From Candidatus Lustribacter sp. (GTDB lineage: Bacteria; Vulcanimicrobiota; Vulcanimicrobiia; Vulcanimicrobiales; Vulcanimicrobiaceae), in NCBI GenBank assembly GCA_965277805.1, contig OZ255842.1, forward strand, positions 5,280,001 to 5,344,000: DNA of 64,000 bases, in the 5' to 3' direction. A program made the position numbers and the translations under genes. The first letter of the stretch is position 1. Every line of letters begins with the position of its first letter. The notes under the pieces are model-generated. The model was not told the origin of the DNA and did no database searches. It was given only the letters and a program-made list of their open reading frames with translations. Below are positions 39,885-49,662 of the stretch, one piece after another.

Positions 39885-40508
39885 TCATCGTACGGTTCTC
39901 CCCAAGCGTGGAATGCCTCCGGCGATTGCGGCGGCGATGCCGAGCATCGTGATGCCGAACAATACGCCGCCGGTCAGGTCGGTGACGAAGTGGGCGCCGA
40001 GCGCGAGGCGCGACCAGATGATGCCGATCGCCCACAGCGCGAGCACCGCGGATAGTGCGCGCCGCAGCGGCAACGGCATGTCGCTGGTCGCGGCGTAGTA
40101 ACTCCACAAGCCGTAGACGACGATCGCGAACATCGCGTGGCCGCTCGGATACGACCACGTCGTTTCGTGAATGATGTGCCAGTAGTCCGGGCGCGTGCGC
40201 ATGAAGAGGTTCTTCACCGCGTCGCTGGCTTGCCACGCGACGAGCGTCGTCGCAATGGAAAATATTACGCGCGCGCGCCAAGCCGGGCGAAGCACGGCCA
40301 GCACGATCCCCGCGATGCCCAACGCAACGAGCACGTACCACCAGCACGATGCGGTGAACACGAGCGCGACGTGCGTCCAATGCCCGGCGAGCGCGCGTCC
40401 GGCGACGTCGATGCCCTCGGGCGGCTTTTCCGAGACGGTGCTGCCGAGCAGTCCGCAGCCGAGCGCGGCGATGAGCGCAACGATCGCGGCGCCGAGCCGC
40501 GCGGTCAC
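39885..40508 (-). CDS. PAP2-family membrane phosphatase
   Basis: KNLFMRTRP, YPSGH, SRLALGAHFVTD. Confidence 0.9.
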   Translation of the reverse strand: MTARLGAAIVALIAALGCGLLGSTVSEKPPEGIDVAGRALAGHWTHVALVFTASCWWYVLVALGIAGIVLAVLRPAWRARVIFSIATTLVAWQASDAVKNLFMRTRPDYWHIIHETTWSYPSGHAMFAIVVYGLWSYYAATSDMPLPLRRALSAVLALWAIGIIWSRLALGAHFVTDLTGGVLFGITMLGIAAAIAGGIPRLGRTVR

Positions 40509-42898
40509 GCGAAGAGGTCTTGCTGCTGGTCGTTCTTGCCGAGCCGGCCGGCGATCTGTTCGAGTTCGGCGAGGCCGATCAGGATGCGGCGCGGCTTCGT
40601 GCCCTCGTGCGGTCCGACGACTTTGAAATCTTCGAGCTGCTTCATCAGCCGCACGGCGCGCGGGTGACCGATCGCGAACTGCGACTGCAGCGCCGCCGTC
40701 GACGCATACTTGGTGTCGATGATGAATTGCGCGGCATCGTAGCAGAGCGGATCGATGTTCTTGCGGTCTTTGCCGTCGTCGTCATCGATCGGCTCGACGT
40801 CCATCTCGATCAAGTTGTCGGGCCGCGCTTGCGCCGACCAGAACTCGACGAGGCGATTCACCTCGGCGCCGGTAATCAGCGCGCCTTGCGAACGCACCGG
40901 CTTCGGCGCGTCGATCGGTAGATAGAGCATGTCGCCGCGGCCGAGCAGGCGTTCCGCGCCGCCCATGTCGAGGATCGTCCGCGAATCGACTTGTGACGAC
41001 ACCGCGAACGCGATGCGCGAGGGGATGTTGGCTTTGATGATGCCGGTGATCACGTCGACCGACGGCCGCTGCGTCGCGACGATCAGGTGAATGCCGGTCG
41101 CGCGGGCGAGTTGTGCGAGCCGGCAGATCAGCGTTTCAACTTTGCCCGGCGCCACGAGCATCAGGTCGGCAAGCTCGTCGATGATGATCACGATGTAGGG
41201 GAGCTGATCGTTGGGATACTTGGCGTTCCACTCTTCGATCTTGCGCACGCCGGCCTTGGCGAAGCGTTCGTAGCGCTGATCCATCTCTTTGGTCATCTCG
41301 AACAGCGCGCCGGCGGCCATACGCGGATCGGTGATGACGGGGTTCTTGAGATGCGGGATGCCGTTGTAGACGCTCAGCTCCACGCGTTTGGGATCGATCA
41401 TCACCATCTGGACTTGATCGGGGGTGGCGCTGACCAAGAGCGAGGCGATGATGCAGTTCAGGCAGACGGACTTACCGCTGCCGGTCGCGCCGGCGACGAG
41501 CAGATGCGGCATTTTGCCGAGGTCGCCGTAGATCGGCCGCCCGGTGATGTCTTTGCCGAGTGCCATGTTGAGCGGCGGGATCGTTCCGCGCGCCGGCATC
41601 GCTTCCATGATCTCGCGCACCGCGACGACCGACACCGTGGCGTTGGGAATTTCGATGCCGACTGCCGACTTGCCGGGGATCGGCGCTTCGATGCGCACCG
41701 ACGTGGCGGCGAGCGCCAGCGCGAGGTCGTCGGCGAGCGCGCTGATGCGCGCGATCTTTACGCCGCGTTCGGGCTTGAGCTCGTAGCGCGTAATCGACGG
41801 ACCGCGCTCGATGTGCGTGACCTTGGCGCCCACGCCGAACGACGCGAGCGTGTCTTCGAGCACCGCCGAACGGCTCGAGTCGTCGAGCTTTTGCAGCTGC
41901 GGCGGATCGAACAGGGCGAGATCGGGCAGCCGGTACGTGCGCTGCGCCGGCTCGTAGGTGCCGCCGATCGCCGGCTCGGCAACGGCGGTAACGGGAACCG
42001 GAACGGCTACGGCAGCGGCTTCATCGAGGTCGTCGTCGTCCTCGCCGTCTTCCTCCTCGTCGGCTTCCTCTTCGTCGTCGTCCTCGAATTCGTCGTCTTC
42101 GTCCTCATCCTCATCGTCGTCATACTCGTCATCGTCGTCTTCATCGGCGTCCTCGTCGACGAGTTCCAACTCTTCGGCGTCCTCGATCTCGTCTTCGTCT
42201 TCGTCCGCGTCGATCGTTTCGGTCGCTTCGGCGACGTCATAGATGACGCGCGCGGGAGCGGCCGGCGGTGCGACGGCGACGGCCGTGCCCGCCGTTGCGG
42301 CGGCCATGCGCGGCAAGAGTGCCGGTAAATGAAACGCTTCGCGCAGCGAACGCGGACCCGGGGCGCGTGCGGGTTCTTCGGCGATCACGCGGGGCGTGCG
42401 TTCCGACGGCGGCGGACGGAGCGCCGCGAGGCGCGCGATGCACCAGCCGATGACTTTCTTGACCGACACGTTGGTGATCCACACGGTGATCCCGAGCGCT
42501 GCGACGATCAGCACGATCACCGCGCCGACGTCGCCGAGCAGCGCGCGCATGCCGGCGTCGAGCGAACGGCCGATGAAACCGCCGTTGGTGCCGAAGGCCG
42601 CGTCGACGATCAGAAAATACGCGCACGCCGCGCCGCCCAGCGTCGCGATCATGCGCGGCACGTTGATCTCGAGAAACACGATCGTTGCAAGCAGCGCAAC
42701 CAGCAACGGAAACCAGCCGGCGGCGCGCCCGAACAGCGCGTGCAGCGCGGCAGCCGTGTAGAAACCGAACAAACCGGTGTGCGCGGGTGGGACGATGAGC
42801 GAGACGGCGAGCAGAAGCGCAATGCCGAGCGCAATGATCCCGGCGATCTCGTAGTTCCAACGCGTCGTCACGCTCGGCTTCCGGCGAACGCGAGCCAT
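40505..42898 (-). CDS. ftsK: DNA translocase FtsK/SpoIIIE
   Basis: N-terminal TM domain, GATGSGKS, IDELADLM, ATQRPSVD, gamma domain; start MARVRR. Confidence 0.95.
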   Translation of the reverse strand: MARVRRKPSVTTRWNYEIAGIIALGIALLLAVSLIVPPAHTGLFGFYTAAALHALFGRAAGWFPLLVALLATIVFLEINVPRMIATLGGAACAYFLIVDAAFGTNGGFIGRSLDAGMRALLGDVGAVIVLIVAALGITVWITNVSVKKVIGWCIARLAALRPPPSERTPRVIAEEPARAPGPRSLREAFHLPALLPRMAAATAGTAVAVAPPAAPARVIYDVAEATETIDADEDEDEIEDAEELELVDEDADEDDDDEYDDDEDEDEDDEFEDDDEEEADEEEDGEDDDDLDEAAAVAVPVPVTAVAEPAIGGTYEPAQRTYRLPDLALFDPPQLQKLDDSSRSAVLEDTLASFGVGAKVTHIERGPSITRYELKPERGVKIARISALADDLALALAATSVRIEAPIPGKSAVGIEIPNATVSVVAVREIMEAMPARGTIPPLNMALGKDITGRPIYGDLGKMPHLLVAGATGSGKSVCLNCIIASLLVSATPDQVQMVMIDPKRVELSVYNGIPHLKNPVITDPRMAAGALFEMTKEMDQRYERFAKAGVRKIEEWNAKYPNDQLPYIVIIIDELADLMLVAPGKVETLICRLAQLARATGIHLIVATQRPSVDVITGIIKANIPSRIAFAVSSQVDSRTILDMGGAERLLGRGDMLYLPIDAPKPVRSQGALITGAEVNRLVEFWSAQARPDNLIEMDVEPIDDDDGKDRKNIDPLCYDAAQFIIDTKYASTAALQSQFAIGHPRAVRLMKQLEDFKVVGPHEGTKPRRILIGLAELEQIAGRLGKNDQQQDLFA

Positions 42899-42961
42899 TG
42901 TAACGACACGTTGGCGACCGCGCAGCGGAGTCCCCGCCGGGATCGCGGAACCGTGATCGCC

Positions 42962-44035
42962 GTGGCACCCCCAACAATCGTCGTTCTCGGCGGCGACCAA
43001 ACCGGTCAAGAACTCTTAATCGAAGCACTGCGCGTGATCGCGCCCGAGGTGATCGGGCTGCCGATCATTCTCGAACACTTCGATCTCTCGCTCGAGAAGC
43101 GCCGCGCGACGAAGAACGCGATCGTGCTCGAAGCCGCCGATGCGATGAAGCGCGCAAAGCTCGGCCTCAAAGCTGCGACGATTACGCCCGAAGGCAAGGG
43201 CGACGTGGGCTCGCCCAACGCGATCGTGCGCCAAGCGATCGACGGCAAGGTGATCGTCCGCACCGGGCGCCGCATTCCGGGGGTCCGGCCGGTCGCCGGC
43301 ATCCACGCCCCGATTTCGGTCGTGCGGATGGCCGTCGGCGATGCCTACGGTGCCAAGGAGTGGCGCGAGGGCTCGGGGGACGACGAGGTCGCGTTCCGGA
43401 CCGAACGGATCGAGCGCGGCACCTGCCGCATGGTCGCCGAGTACGCTTTTCTCCACGCGAAGAAGACCAACTCGAAAGTCTTCGGCGGCCCCAAGTACAC
43501 CGTCAGCCCGGTCTACGAGGGGATGCTGAAGGAAGAGATGGACGCCGCGGCCGCCCGCTACCCGGACGTGCCCTACGAGCCCCAGCTGATCGATGCGACG
43601 TACGCGCTGCTGATCTCGACCTCTGGCGACCCGCTGGTGATCCCCTCGCTAAACCGCGACGGCGACTGCCTCTCGGATCTGGTCATGCAGCTCTTCGGCT
43701 CGATCGCCGGAGCCGAGTCGGTCCTGATGTCGTTCGACGCCGACCACCGCCCCGACGTCGTCATGGCGGAGGCCCCGCACGGGACGGCCCCGCGCCTCTT
43801 CGGTAAGAACGTCGCCAATCCGATGGCCATGATCCTGGCCTGCGGCGCGCTGCTCTCCCATATCGACGACCGCCGGGCCGTCAGCGCCTCGCGAGCGATC
43901 TACGAAGGAACGCTTGAAACGGTCCGCGAGGGAACCTCGACCAGTGACCTCGGCGGACATGCCTCGACGACCGAATTCACCGACGCCGTCATCGCGAAGA
44001 TTAAAGCTAAATTGGACGTTTGGGCAACTCTTTAA
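42962..44035 (+). CDS. Isocitrate/isopropylmalate dehydrogenase family, probably IDH
   Basis: KAATITPE, SPNAIVR, NRDGDCLSD, EAPHGTAP. Confidence 0.85.
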   Translation: MAPPTIVVLGGDQTGQELLIEALRVIAPEVIGLPIILEHFDLSLEKRRATKNAIVLEAADAMKRAKLGLKAATITPEGKGDVGSPNAIVRQAIDGKVIVRTGRRIPGVRPVAGIHAPISVVRMAVGDAYGAKEWREGSGDDEVAFRTERIERGTCRMVAEYAFLHAKKTNSKVFGGPKYTVSPVYEGMLKEEMDAAAARYPDVPYEPQLIDATYALLISTSGDPLVIPSLNRDGDCLSDLVMQLFGSIAGAESVLMSFDADHRPDVVMAEAPHGTAPRLFGKNVANPMAMILACGALLSHIDDRRAVSASRAIYEGTLETVREGTSTSDLGGHASTTEFTDAVIAKIKAKLDVWATL

Positions 44036-44056
44036 GGAAGAAAGTTTCGGCGCTCC

Positions 44057-44100
44057 CTTAGACGGTTCTTAGGGAGGCCTTAAGCCTGCCTGAGGATAAT
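44057..44100 (+). promoter_or_regulatory. 11-bp-period direct repeats plus a -10-like GATAAT
   Basis: CTTAG 44057, CTTAG 44068, CTTAA 44079, CTGAG 44090; GATAAT 44095. Confidence 0.55.
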
Positions 44101-44222
44101 GCCGCCCCCATCTACCCTCGCTTTGCGTTATGTAAGCTTAGCAAAGAGAGGCATCCCTAGGACAGCAAGTTCTTGGGCTTGATCCAGTGCTTGCTTTACC
44201 AATCTCTAACGAGGTGCCATCT

Positions 44223-47200
44223 ATGGTCGGAGCGGTCGCTTTACGGCGAATCCACTCGGGTCTTCGCGCGCTTCTCGCGTGCGTTATTTTTGCTGGCATG
44301 GTTTGCTCGCTCGTTTCCCCGGCGTTCGCCGCCGGCGGCCAGGTCGGTATCATTCAAGGTACCGTCACCGACACGAACGGCAATCCAGTCAGCGGTGCCG
44401 CAATCAGTGCGGCTTCACCAACCGGATCGTATTCGGCCACCACGGCTGCGAACGGTTCGTTCACCATCGTCGGTGTCAACGTCGACACCTACGCGATTTC
44501 GGTTTCCGCGCCGGGCTACGACACGTACGTGTTGCGCGGCGCCACCGTTACCGGCGACCAAACGCTCACCCTTCCGCTGAAGCTTTCGAAGGCACAGGCC
44601 GTCATCGGCCGCGTCGGCGCGCGCTCGGCATCGGGCGCGTTTCAGCCGAGCCAAACGGTGGATTCGTACACGATCACCGGTGCGCGCGTAGCGCAGACCA
44701 CCGGCAGTCCCGCGAACACGAGCCTCAACGACGTCGTGCTCTCTGCTCCCGGCGTCTCGATTACCGAAAACGGTAACCCGACGATCCGCGGCGGTTCGCA
44801 GCGCGAGGTCAGCTACCAACTGGACGGCGTCAGCTTCGACGAACCGTTCCTCGGCGACAACGGATCGGCCGGTCTTTTCAACGGCCTCAACTCCGTGCAG
44901 GTCGTGGAAGGCGGCGGCGACGCGAGCCAAGGCGGGCTCGGTTCCGGCGTGATCAACGCGATCCCCAAACGCGGTACCTACCCCGCAACCGGAAGCCTCA
45001 CGGCGCAGATCTCCGGACCGAACTTCGGCAATTTCGGTGGTATCGAATACGGGTTCGCAACGCCGGACAACTCCATCTCGGATTACTTCTCGATGGTGAA
45101 CAACCGGTTCGTTCCGTACTACGGTTTCCACAATCAGGATGCTTCGACGTACGGCAACTACTTCTCGCTGGGAATGCGCAATCAAACGCAGTTGGTCAAC
45201 AACTTCGTGTTCAAGTTCGGCCCCAATAAGAACCAGTCACTACAAGTGCTGTACGACAATGTCTCCGAACTGGATCATGGCAACTATGGAGGCTTTCCGT
45301 CGGGCGGCCTGCCGAGCTACAACTACGATCCCTTCCAGCCGGCAATCTTCGGCGTGCCGCTGAGCCTGAACCAGTACCTTCAGCCGTTGCCGTATACGCC
45401 GTCATCGAACGTTCCGTATACGACACCCGAGCTGCAAAAAGACATTCAGACGCGGTTCCTGAAATTCGAATATGACAACAGCATCAACTCGACCACGTAC
45501 CTTGCCGTACGCTACTACAATTGGGAACGTCTCGAGACCGATATGCAGGAGTACGAGCTCGGACCGTTCCAGCAAGGCACGTCGCTCTGGCAGGCCGAGG
45601 GCGGCAGCACGACCGGCTTCAGCGGCGAAATCACGCACCAGTTCGGCGACAAGCTGACCGTGACGCTGCAGGGTCAGTACAACGTACTGCACCCGGTGTG
45701 GAACCAAGAGTTCACGCCGGTGTATGCGCTCTTCGGGCCGCTCGGTGGTGACTTCACGCCGCCCACTGCTCCCTGCGCGGGCATCCCGGCCGGTGCAGGC
45801 TACGTGAGCTGCGCCTACGGTGCGGGCGTGGTTCCGGCGCCGATTCTGTACATCGACGAGAACAACTCGTTCTTCCAGAACTACGGCTTCGGTCTGCGCT
45901 TCCAGTATGCGATCAGCGACAAACTGCACGCCGACTTCGGCGTCCGGTATGAAGGCCAGAACCAGCACTGGAACAACCCCTACAACCCCAACGACGTTGA
46001 AAACCCGTTCGACGTTCCGACCCAAATCTGGGGCGCGAACGTCACCAACCCGAAGGAATTGACGCCGCGTATCGCACTCGATTATCAGTTCGATCGCAAC
46101 GACGCGCTGCGTGCTTCATTCGGCCGGTCGGTCGTGTTCCAGAACTCGCAGAACGCGGGTACTCCGCTCGGCATCTACGGGAACCTGCCCGCATTGGCCG
46201 CGCTTCCGCCGGATCTCGTCGGCGTTAAGCCCATCGTGGCGGGCGCACCGGTGGCAAACCAGTGCGGTACTTCGCTCAACGGCATTGCGGGAACGTTCCC
46301 GTGCCAAAACTACTTGCAACAGTACTACTGGTCGCTCGATCGTAACTTCGATGCGCCGGACGCCGGTGGCGCCCAGCCCTCGATCTACAACAACTACGAC
46401 GCGAGCTTCTCGCACCAATTCGCCGGCGGTGTGGCCCTCAAGCTCACGCCGTTCTACAAGTTCGGCACGGGCCTCCCGACGGCGAGCTTGCTGGCAACGC
46501 TTCCCGGTGGATCGCAGATCTTCTCGGAATCATCGAAGGGCTTCAACCGCACGACGGGCGTTGAGTTCAACGTCACGACGGCGGATCGCCCGGTCGGTGT
46601 GTCCGGATTCCTCGCCGCGACCTATCAGAACGTGCTGCAATCGGCGCCGCCGCTCTCCAACGGTGAGTTCAACGGCGTTCCGCAACTCTCACCGGCCGAC
46701 ATCGCCTTGCAGAACGTCTACCGCGCGGGCTACGTCTCACCGGTCTCCATCCGCATCGGCGGCACGGTCAACTTCGGCGGCGGCTTCAGCCTCGTGCCGA
46801 TCGTGCAAATCGATTCGGGCTTCCCCTACAACGTCGGCGATACGATCGCATCGACGTTACCCGACGGATCGTATGCCAACATTCCGCAGGTCAACTTCGG
46901 TGCCGGCACCCCGATTCTGCTCGGTTATCAAAACGCGGGCGGAACTCAGCTGAACACCAACTACTACGATCCCGCATACTCGGGTTCGCAACTCGCCCCG
47001 AACGTCGCGGCGACGCGCGGCACGCCGACGTCGTCGCATAGCGGCGGCGTGACGTGGACCCCGAACGCGGAGTTCAATCTGACGCTTCAGTACAAGCACG
47101 GCCGCGACACCATCGGTATACAAGCCGTCAATCTCTTCACGAACGGTTACAACGGCACGACCCCTGCGGTCAATCCGTTCTACCAGCCGGTCGCGAACGG

Positions 47201-47396
47201 CGTGTCCGGTCCGCAAACGGGCCAAAACACGTGTACGGCGATCTACGGAACCGCACGCGGTTGCGCGGCGATTCCGGCGAACTCCTACGCGTTCTCGAAC
47301 GGCGCTTACATCCTCACCAACGGCAACGTTGGTACCTGGCAACTCGCGCCGCTCGCGCCAACGTCGTTCAACGTATTCTACCGGCGGCAGCTCTAG
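44223..47396 (+). CDS. TonB-dependent-receptor-like outer-membrane protein with carboxypeptidase-regulatory-like N-terminal domain
   Basis: GAGGTG SD, signal peptide, GIIQGTVTD..G.PVSGAAIS, plug motif IRGG..YQLDG, aromatic-rich beta strands. Confidence 0.85.
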   Translation: MVGAVALRRIHSGLRALLACVIFAGMVCSLVSPAFAAGGQVGIIQGTVTDTNGNPVSGAAISAASPTGSYSATTAANGSFTIVGVNVDTYAISVSAPGYDTYVLRGATVTGDQTLTLPLKLSKAQAVIGRVGARSASGAFQPSQTVDSYTITGARVAQTTGSPANTSLNDVVLSAPGVSITENGNPTIRGGSQREVSYQLDGVSFDEPFLGDNGSAGLFNGLNSVQVVEGGGDASQGGLGSGVINAIPKRGTYPATGSLTAQISGPNFGNFGGIEYGFATPDNSISDYFSMVNNRFVPYYGFHNQDASTYGNYFSLGMRNQTQLVNNFVFKFGPNKNQSLQVLYDNVSELDHGNYGGFPSGGLPSYNYDPFQPAIFGVPLSLNQYLQPLPYTPSSNVPYTTPELQKDIQTRFLKFEYDNSINSTTYLAVRYYNWERLETDMQEYELGPFQQGTSLWQAEGGSTTGFSGEITHQFGDKLTVTLQGQYNVLHPVWNQEFTPVYALFGPLGGDFTPPTAPCAGIPAGAGYVSCAYGAGVVPAPILYIDENNSFFQNYGFGLRFQYAISDKLHADFGVRYEGQNQHWNNPYNPNDVENPFDVPTQIWGANVTNPKELTPRIALDYQFDRNDALRASFGRSVVFQNSQNAGTPLGIYGNLPALAALPPDLVGVKPIVAGAPVANQCGTSLNGIAGTFPCQNYLQQYYWSLDRNFDAPDAGGAQPSIYNNYDASFSHQFAGGVALKLTPFYKFGTGLPTASLLATLPGGSQIFSESSKGFNRTTGVEFNVTTADRPVGVSGFLAATYQNVLQSAPPLSNGEFNGVPQLSPADIALQNVYRAGYVSPVSIRIGGTVNFGGGFSLVPIVQIDSGFPYNVGDTIASTLPDGSYANIPQVNFGAGTPILLGYQNAGGTQLNTNYYDPAYSGSQLAPNVAATRGTPTSSHSGGVTWTPNAEFNLTLQYKHGRDTIGIQAVNLFTNGYNGTTPAVNPFYQPVANGVSGPQTGQNTCTAIYGTARGCAAIPANSYAFSNGAYILTNGNVGTWQLAPLAPTSFNVFYRRQL

Positions 47397-47408
47397 GTGA
47401 TATGCACA

Positions 47409-48752
47409 ATGCAAAAGATAGCAACACTAACCCTAACCTGTGCAGCAGCACTTGGTCTCGCCGCTTGTAGTTCGTCGGGCTCGAGTCCGGTCGCGCCGTC
47501 ACACGTCGCGAACCTGACCTCGAACGTTCTGCAGATGAACGTCGGCACGGCGAATCTCTTCGGAGATACGCCGGCTGCCGCGGTCGTCGGCACGAACGTC
47601 GCGGTCACGTACCGGCAACCGTCGGGGGCGCTCAATCCGGGCGCCAGCGCCGTCCTCGTCAGTACGCCGACGCTCACCCTGCCGCACGCCCTCGGTGGTG
47701 TGGCCGGGACGCCGGATGCCTTCAACGCCACGATTGCCGGAGGTCCGGCACCGGCCGAGATCGGCACGACCTCAATGACGGCCACATCGCAATCCCCGAC
47801 GGCCAATAACGTCACGACCTTCGGGAATGACGGCGGCGCGTTCGGCCTCGGTCTCGAGCCGTTCAACTACGCGGCGCCGATCGGCAACGCCGGCGTAACC
47901 GGCGCACCCGCGAACGTCTTCCCGTACGCCGTTCCGCTTTACGACGCGATCGTCGCGGCCGGCGGCACGGATCCCAATGCGTTCATCCCCGGCGGCGGCT
48001 CGCCGGCGTTCAATGTCGCGAACAATCAGGCAGCGGTATTGGGCGGATTCAACGGCATCTCGGAAGGCCTCGATGTTTTCGAGGTCGCGCCGGCTGTCGG
48101 AACCTACTCACTCTCCGTCCTCGTTCCGGCGAACAGCGGGGCGATAACGCAAACTGCGACGGCGGCGATCAGCTCCGTTGCGGTGCTGCCGCCCTTCGTT
48201 TCACCGGTGCCGGTCGTCACGGCTGCGGGCGGCGTAACCGCCGCGGTCGCGCTGCCGGCAGGCGTCACCGAAGCCTACATCCAGCTCACCGACTACGGCC
48301 CCACGGCCGTGGACGGGTCCGGCAACCAGCTTTCGAGCTGCGTCGGCGCGGGATCGGGTTCGAAGACAGGCAACGGCGGTACGCCGATCTACTACACGGT
48401 GGTGATCCGTGCGTCGGGTACGGCGACGTTCCCGGCCGGCACGATTTGCACCGCCGCGCAGAATACCACCGCGAACGGCGGCGCCAGCGACGGTGACGTC
48501 TTCACGGTGCAAGCGATCGGGTTTGACTACGGCGCGTACGAGGCGTCCTACACCGGCATCAGCGGTGTCGGCGGTCTCGGCGTCCCGGCGCCTTCATTGA
48601 CGGGTGCCGGCGCTTCGCACCAAGCGGACGTCACGGTCTCGAGCCAAGGCCTCTTCAACCAGCCGGTTGGTGGCGGTCTCCTCAACGGCCCCGGTGGCGC
48701 CGTGCTGCCGGCCAGCGCGAAACGCGTCGGCCGCAGCGTGATTCGCCGCTAA
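47409..48752 (+). CDS. Gly/Ala/Thr-rich lipoprotein
   Basis: Lipobox LAAC; directly follows the receptor. Confidence 0.8.
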   Translation: MQKIATLTLTCAAALGLAACSSSGSSPVAPSHVANLTSNVLQMNVGTANLFGDTPAAAVVGTNVAVTYRQPSGALNPGASAVLVSTPTLTLPHALGGVAGTPDAFNATIAGGPAPAEIGTTSMTATSQSPTANNVTTFGNDGGAFGLGLEPFNYAAPIGNAGVTGAPANVFPYAVPLYDAIVAAGGTDPNAFIPGGGSPAFNVANNQAAVLGGFNGISEGLDVFEVAPAVGTYSLSVLVPANSGAITQTATAAISSVAVLPPFVSPVPVVTAAGGVTAAVALPAGVTEAYIQLTDYGPTAVDGSGNQLSSCVGAGSGSKTGNGGTPIYYTVVIRASGTATFPAGTICTAAQNTTANGGASDGDVFTVQAIGFDYGAYEASYTGISGVGGLGVPAPSLTGAGASHQADVTVSSQGLFNQPVGGGLLNGPGGAVLPASAKRVGRSVIRR

Positions 48753-48774
48753 CACTCCCGCGTAGCGAAACGAT

Positions 48775-48809
48775 AGGGCGTCGGCTTCGGCCGGCGCCCT
48801 TTCTTTTTT
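48775..48809 (+). terminator. Intrinsic terminator
   Basis: AGGGCGTCGGC-TTCG-GCCGGCGCCCT followed by TTCTTTTTT. Confidence 0.88.
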
Positions 48810-49659
48810 ATGGTGCGGCGCTGATTGCAACTGCGCCGCCGAGCGCGAGCGCGACGCCGATCCACTGCAGACGTCCCAAGCGCTCGCGCAAAACGATCGC
48901 CGCGAGTGCGACCGTTGCGGCGGGATACAGCGACGTCAGCACCGCGACGAGCGAGAGCAAACCGTGATGCGCTGCCACGACGTAGAGCACGTTCGCCGTC
49001 ACGTCGAGAACGCCGCAGAGCGCCGTGAGAACGAGTGCGGGCCGCGCAAGACGCAGGTTTTTGCCACCGCCGAACGCGAGCCCGCCGGCAATCAGCAGCA
49101 CCACCGATGTGGCGCGCGCGGCGAGCAACGGCACCATGCCGGCGTCACTGCGCGTTTGCGCGAGCGCGATGAAGTAGGCGCCGAAGCCGATGCCGGCGAC
49201 GATGGCTTCGAGCAAGCCCGGCGGAAAATGCGTGGTGCGCTGCGCGCGTTCGCCCGGCGCGGCGCTGACGAACACGACCGCGGCAATCGCCGCTACGATG
49301 CCGGCGTATGCGATGATACTCGGGTGCTCGCCGCGGAAGAGCAATCCGTAGAGCAGCGGAATCGATGCGCCGAGCACGGCGCTGATCGGCGAGACGACTC
49401 CCATCGTCCCGATGGCGAGCCCGCGATACAATGCCGCGATCGCAATTGCGCCGGCGACGCCGCACAGGGCGCCCCACGCAACGTCCGCGGGCAGCGCGTG
49501 CCCGCCGAAGAGCGGCAAGATGCCGGCCAGCAATACGAAACCGACGGCTTGCGACCAGATGACGGCGCTGACCGTCGACGTGCGGCGGCTCGCGAGACCG
49601 CCGAGAAAGTCCGACGATCCGTAAACGATTGCCGCGACTAGCGCGATCGCTACGGACAT
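48808..49659 (-). CDS. DMT/EamA-family transporter
   Basis: About 10 TM segments, YGSSDFLGG, SLYPAATVALAAIVLRERL. Confidence 0.88.
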   Translation of the reverse strand: MSVAIALVAAIVYGSSDFLGGLASRRTSTVSAVIWSQAVGFVLLAGILPLFGGHALPADVAWGALCGVAGAIAIAALYRGLAIGTMGVVSPISAVLGASIPLLYGLLFRGEHPSIIAYAGIVAAIAAVVFVSAAPGERAQRTTHFPPGLLEAIVAGIGFGAYFIALAQTRSDAGMVPLLAARATSVVLLIAGGLAFGGGKNLRLARPALVLTALCGVLDVTANVLYVVAAHHGLLSLVAVLTSLYPAATVALAAIVLRERLGRLQWIGVALALGGAVAISAAP

Positions 49660-49662
49660 CGG

